Assembly (NCBI GenBank): GCA_028534125.1
Contig: CM052832.1
Location: 12,648,001 to 12,712,000, forward strand
Direction of reading: 5' to 3'
From: Lama glama
Lineage: Eukaryota
Length of the DNA: 64,000 nucleotides
Part shown: positions 62,764 through 64,000 of the stretch, in pieces
How the letters are laid out: every line of letters starts with the position of its first letter
Position numbering within the stretch: the stretch's first letter is position 1
Notes under the pieces: model-generated
Seen by the model: the letters and a program-made list of their open reading frames with translations, nothing else
Told to the model about the DNA's origin: nothing
Database searches by the model: none
Made by a program: the position numbers and the translations under genes

Positions 62764-64000
62764 CTGTGGACAGAGGGAGAGGGGATAAAGGCTTCCTGGG
62801 GAACATTTGTCTGGGCAATAGCTGGTAGGCAGGAGGCTGTGCCTGTCCTCACCTGCTGCCTCAGGCCCTCCACCACCCAACCCACCAAGAATGAGGAGCC
62901 CCAGCCTGCTACACTGCTGTCCTGGACAGACAAGCCCTAGGTCTGAGCTGCCAAGCACCCCCTCGGGCTTGCCCCAGGGCAACTGGGGAGTGCAGCTACG
63001 GTTGTGGAAGACAGGAGGAAAGAGAGAGGAAGATCTGGCAGACATGACTGCCGGCACTCCCAGCCCAGGCCACCATCACCATCACGAGGCCAGACCACCA
63101 CAGGCCAGGCTCTTGCCCAGGTTCTGTCTACATGGATTTCAGGCCTTTCTGTAGCAAAGTTACTTCCAAATCATCCTAACAGGTCAATTACCATCAGGGG
63201 TGGAGGAACCGCTACCCAGGATGCAGAGCATGTTTGACGTCCAGCCCTCCACCTCCCGGGGCCCTTGAACACACTTTTGAAACCACTACTGGGTGAAGCG
63301 CAGCAGAGGCAGGGGCCCTGGAAGCTGCTTCTCAGGACCTGGCAGACAGGACACTAAAGCACAGGAAGAAACTACTTAAAGACTTTCCGAAGATGTCTAT
63401 AAAGTACAATCTCCCTACTGGATTTAATTTTAAGTAGATTTATATTAAAAAGTAATGAAAATGACTTTGATAAAGTATAAGTAGATACCTCAGTCTCTAG
63501 TTGTGTGAAGCCCCAAAGATGATAAGCTCAGCCCTCAGCCCAGCCTGTCTGCCCCGATTGCTGTCCTCCTGCAGGGCCTGGAGCTTCCACACCACCTAAC
63601 ATGGCAGAACCCTGGCCTTCTTTCCGTGCACCAAGGATCCCATTATCTCAAACCACCCTTCTCTTTTTCATGTTCAAAAACTCCCGTTCCCTCAGTACCC
63701 ATTTTTTACCTAAAAAAAAAAAAAAAAAGAAAGAAAAGGCCAGTATTGATATGCCAATGATCCTCAAGTGTGAATGTGTAGTCAGGTGCTCTCTGAAGCA
63801 TGTGCATCTACAATGAGGACACTAACCCCTAGGAGTGAACCTCTCCTGTGGAGGTTCGCCCACCGTGACAGGCAGGGCGGCGAGGAGATACCTGGGGCAA
63901 AGGAGTCACGTACCTGGCACCCCCAAGCAAATCACTCATCAGTAGCAGTCTTATCTCTAATGCCAACTATGCCTAGTCTCCCCTGAGCCCTCCCACCCCT

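Noticed and set aside
62404-63057. 217-aa minus-strand ORF inside CMTR1
   Set aside because: It crosses the 48-nt CMTR1 exon in the wrong frame and is otherwise intronic.

Overview
Mammalian genomic DNA from a draft assembly with four N-gaps (14879-15018, 38595-38723, 51370-51869, 51936-52085). The young L1 3' ends and the absence of Alu, B1, SINEC, PRE1 or Bov-type SINEs suggest an artiodactyl, probably a camelid; this is an inference. Two real genes lie tail-to-tail at the right end. CCDC167 is complete (+ strand, 4 coding exons, 97 aa, CpG promoter at about 47 kb). CMTR1 is represented by its last four coding exons and 3' UTR (- strand). The left ~46 kb has no intact protein-coding gene; by recalled synteny it is the interval running towards MDGA1. 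It contains a decayed, 3'-truncated AURKAIP1 retrocopy, an orphan CpG island partly hidden by a gap, several repeat-free motif-dense blocks that look like enhancers, and many ancient repeats (MIR, L2, MLT1/LTR, MER5A, MER58, MER82, old L1), including two nested insertion stacks. I see no clearly novel biological system. The best leads are regulatory: the orphan CpG island with a nearby p53-type site and a possible downstream terminal exon, an AUGA-overlapping uORF on CCDC167, and a promoter-like element between the two convergent 3' ends. Gene identities and repeat family names come from recalled sequences, not database searches, and repeat boundaries are approximate.
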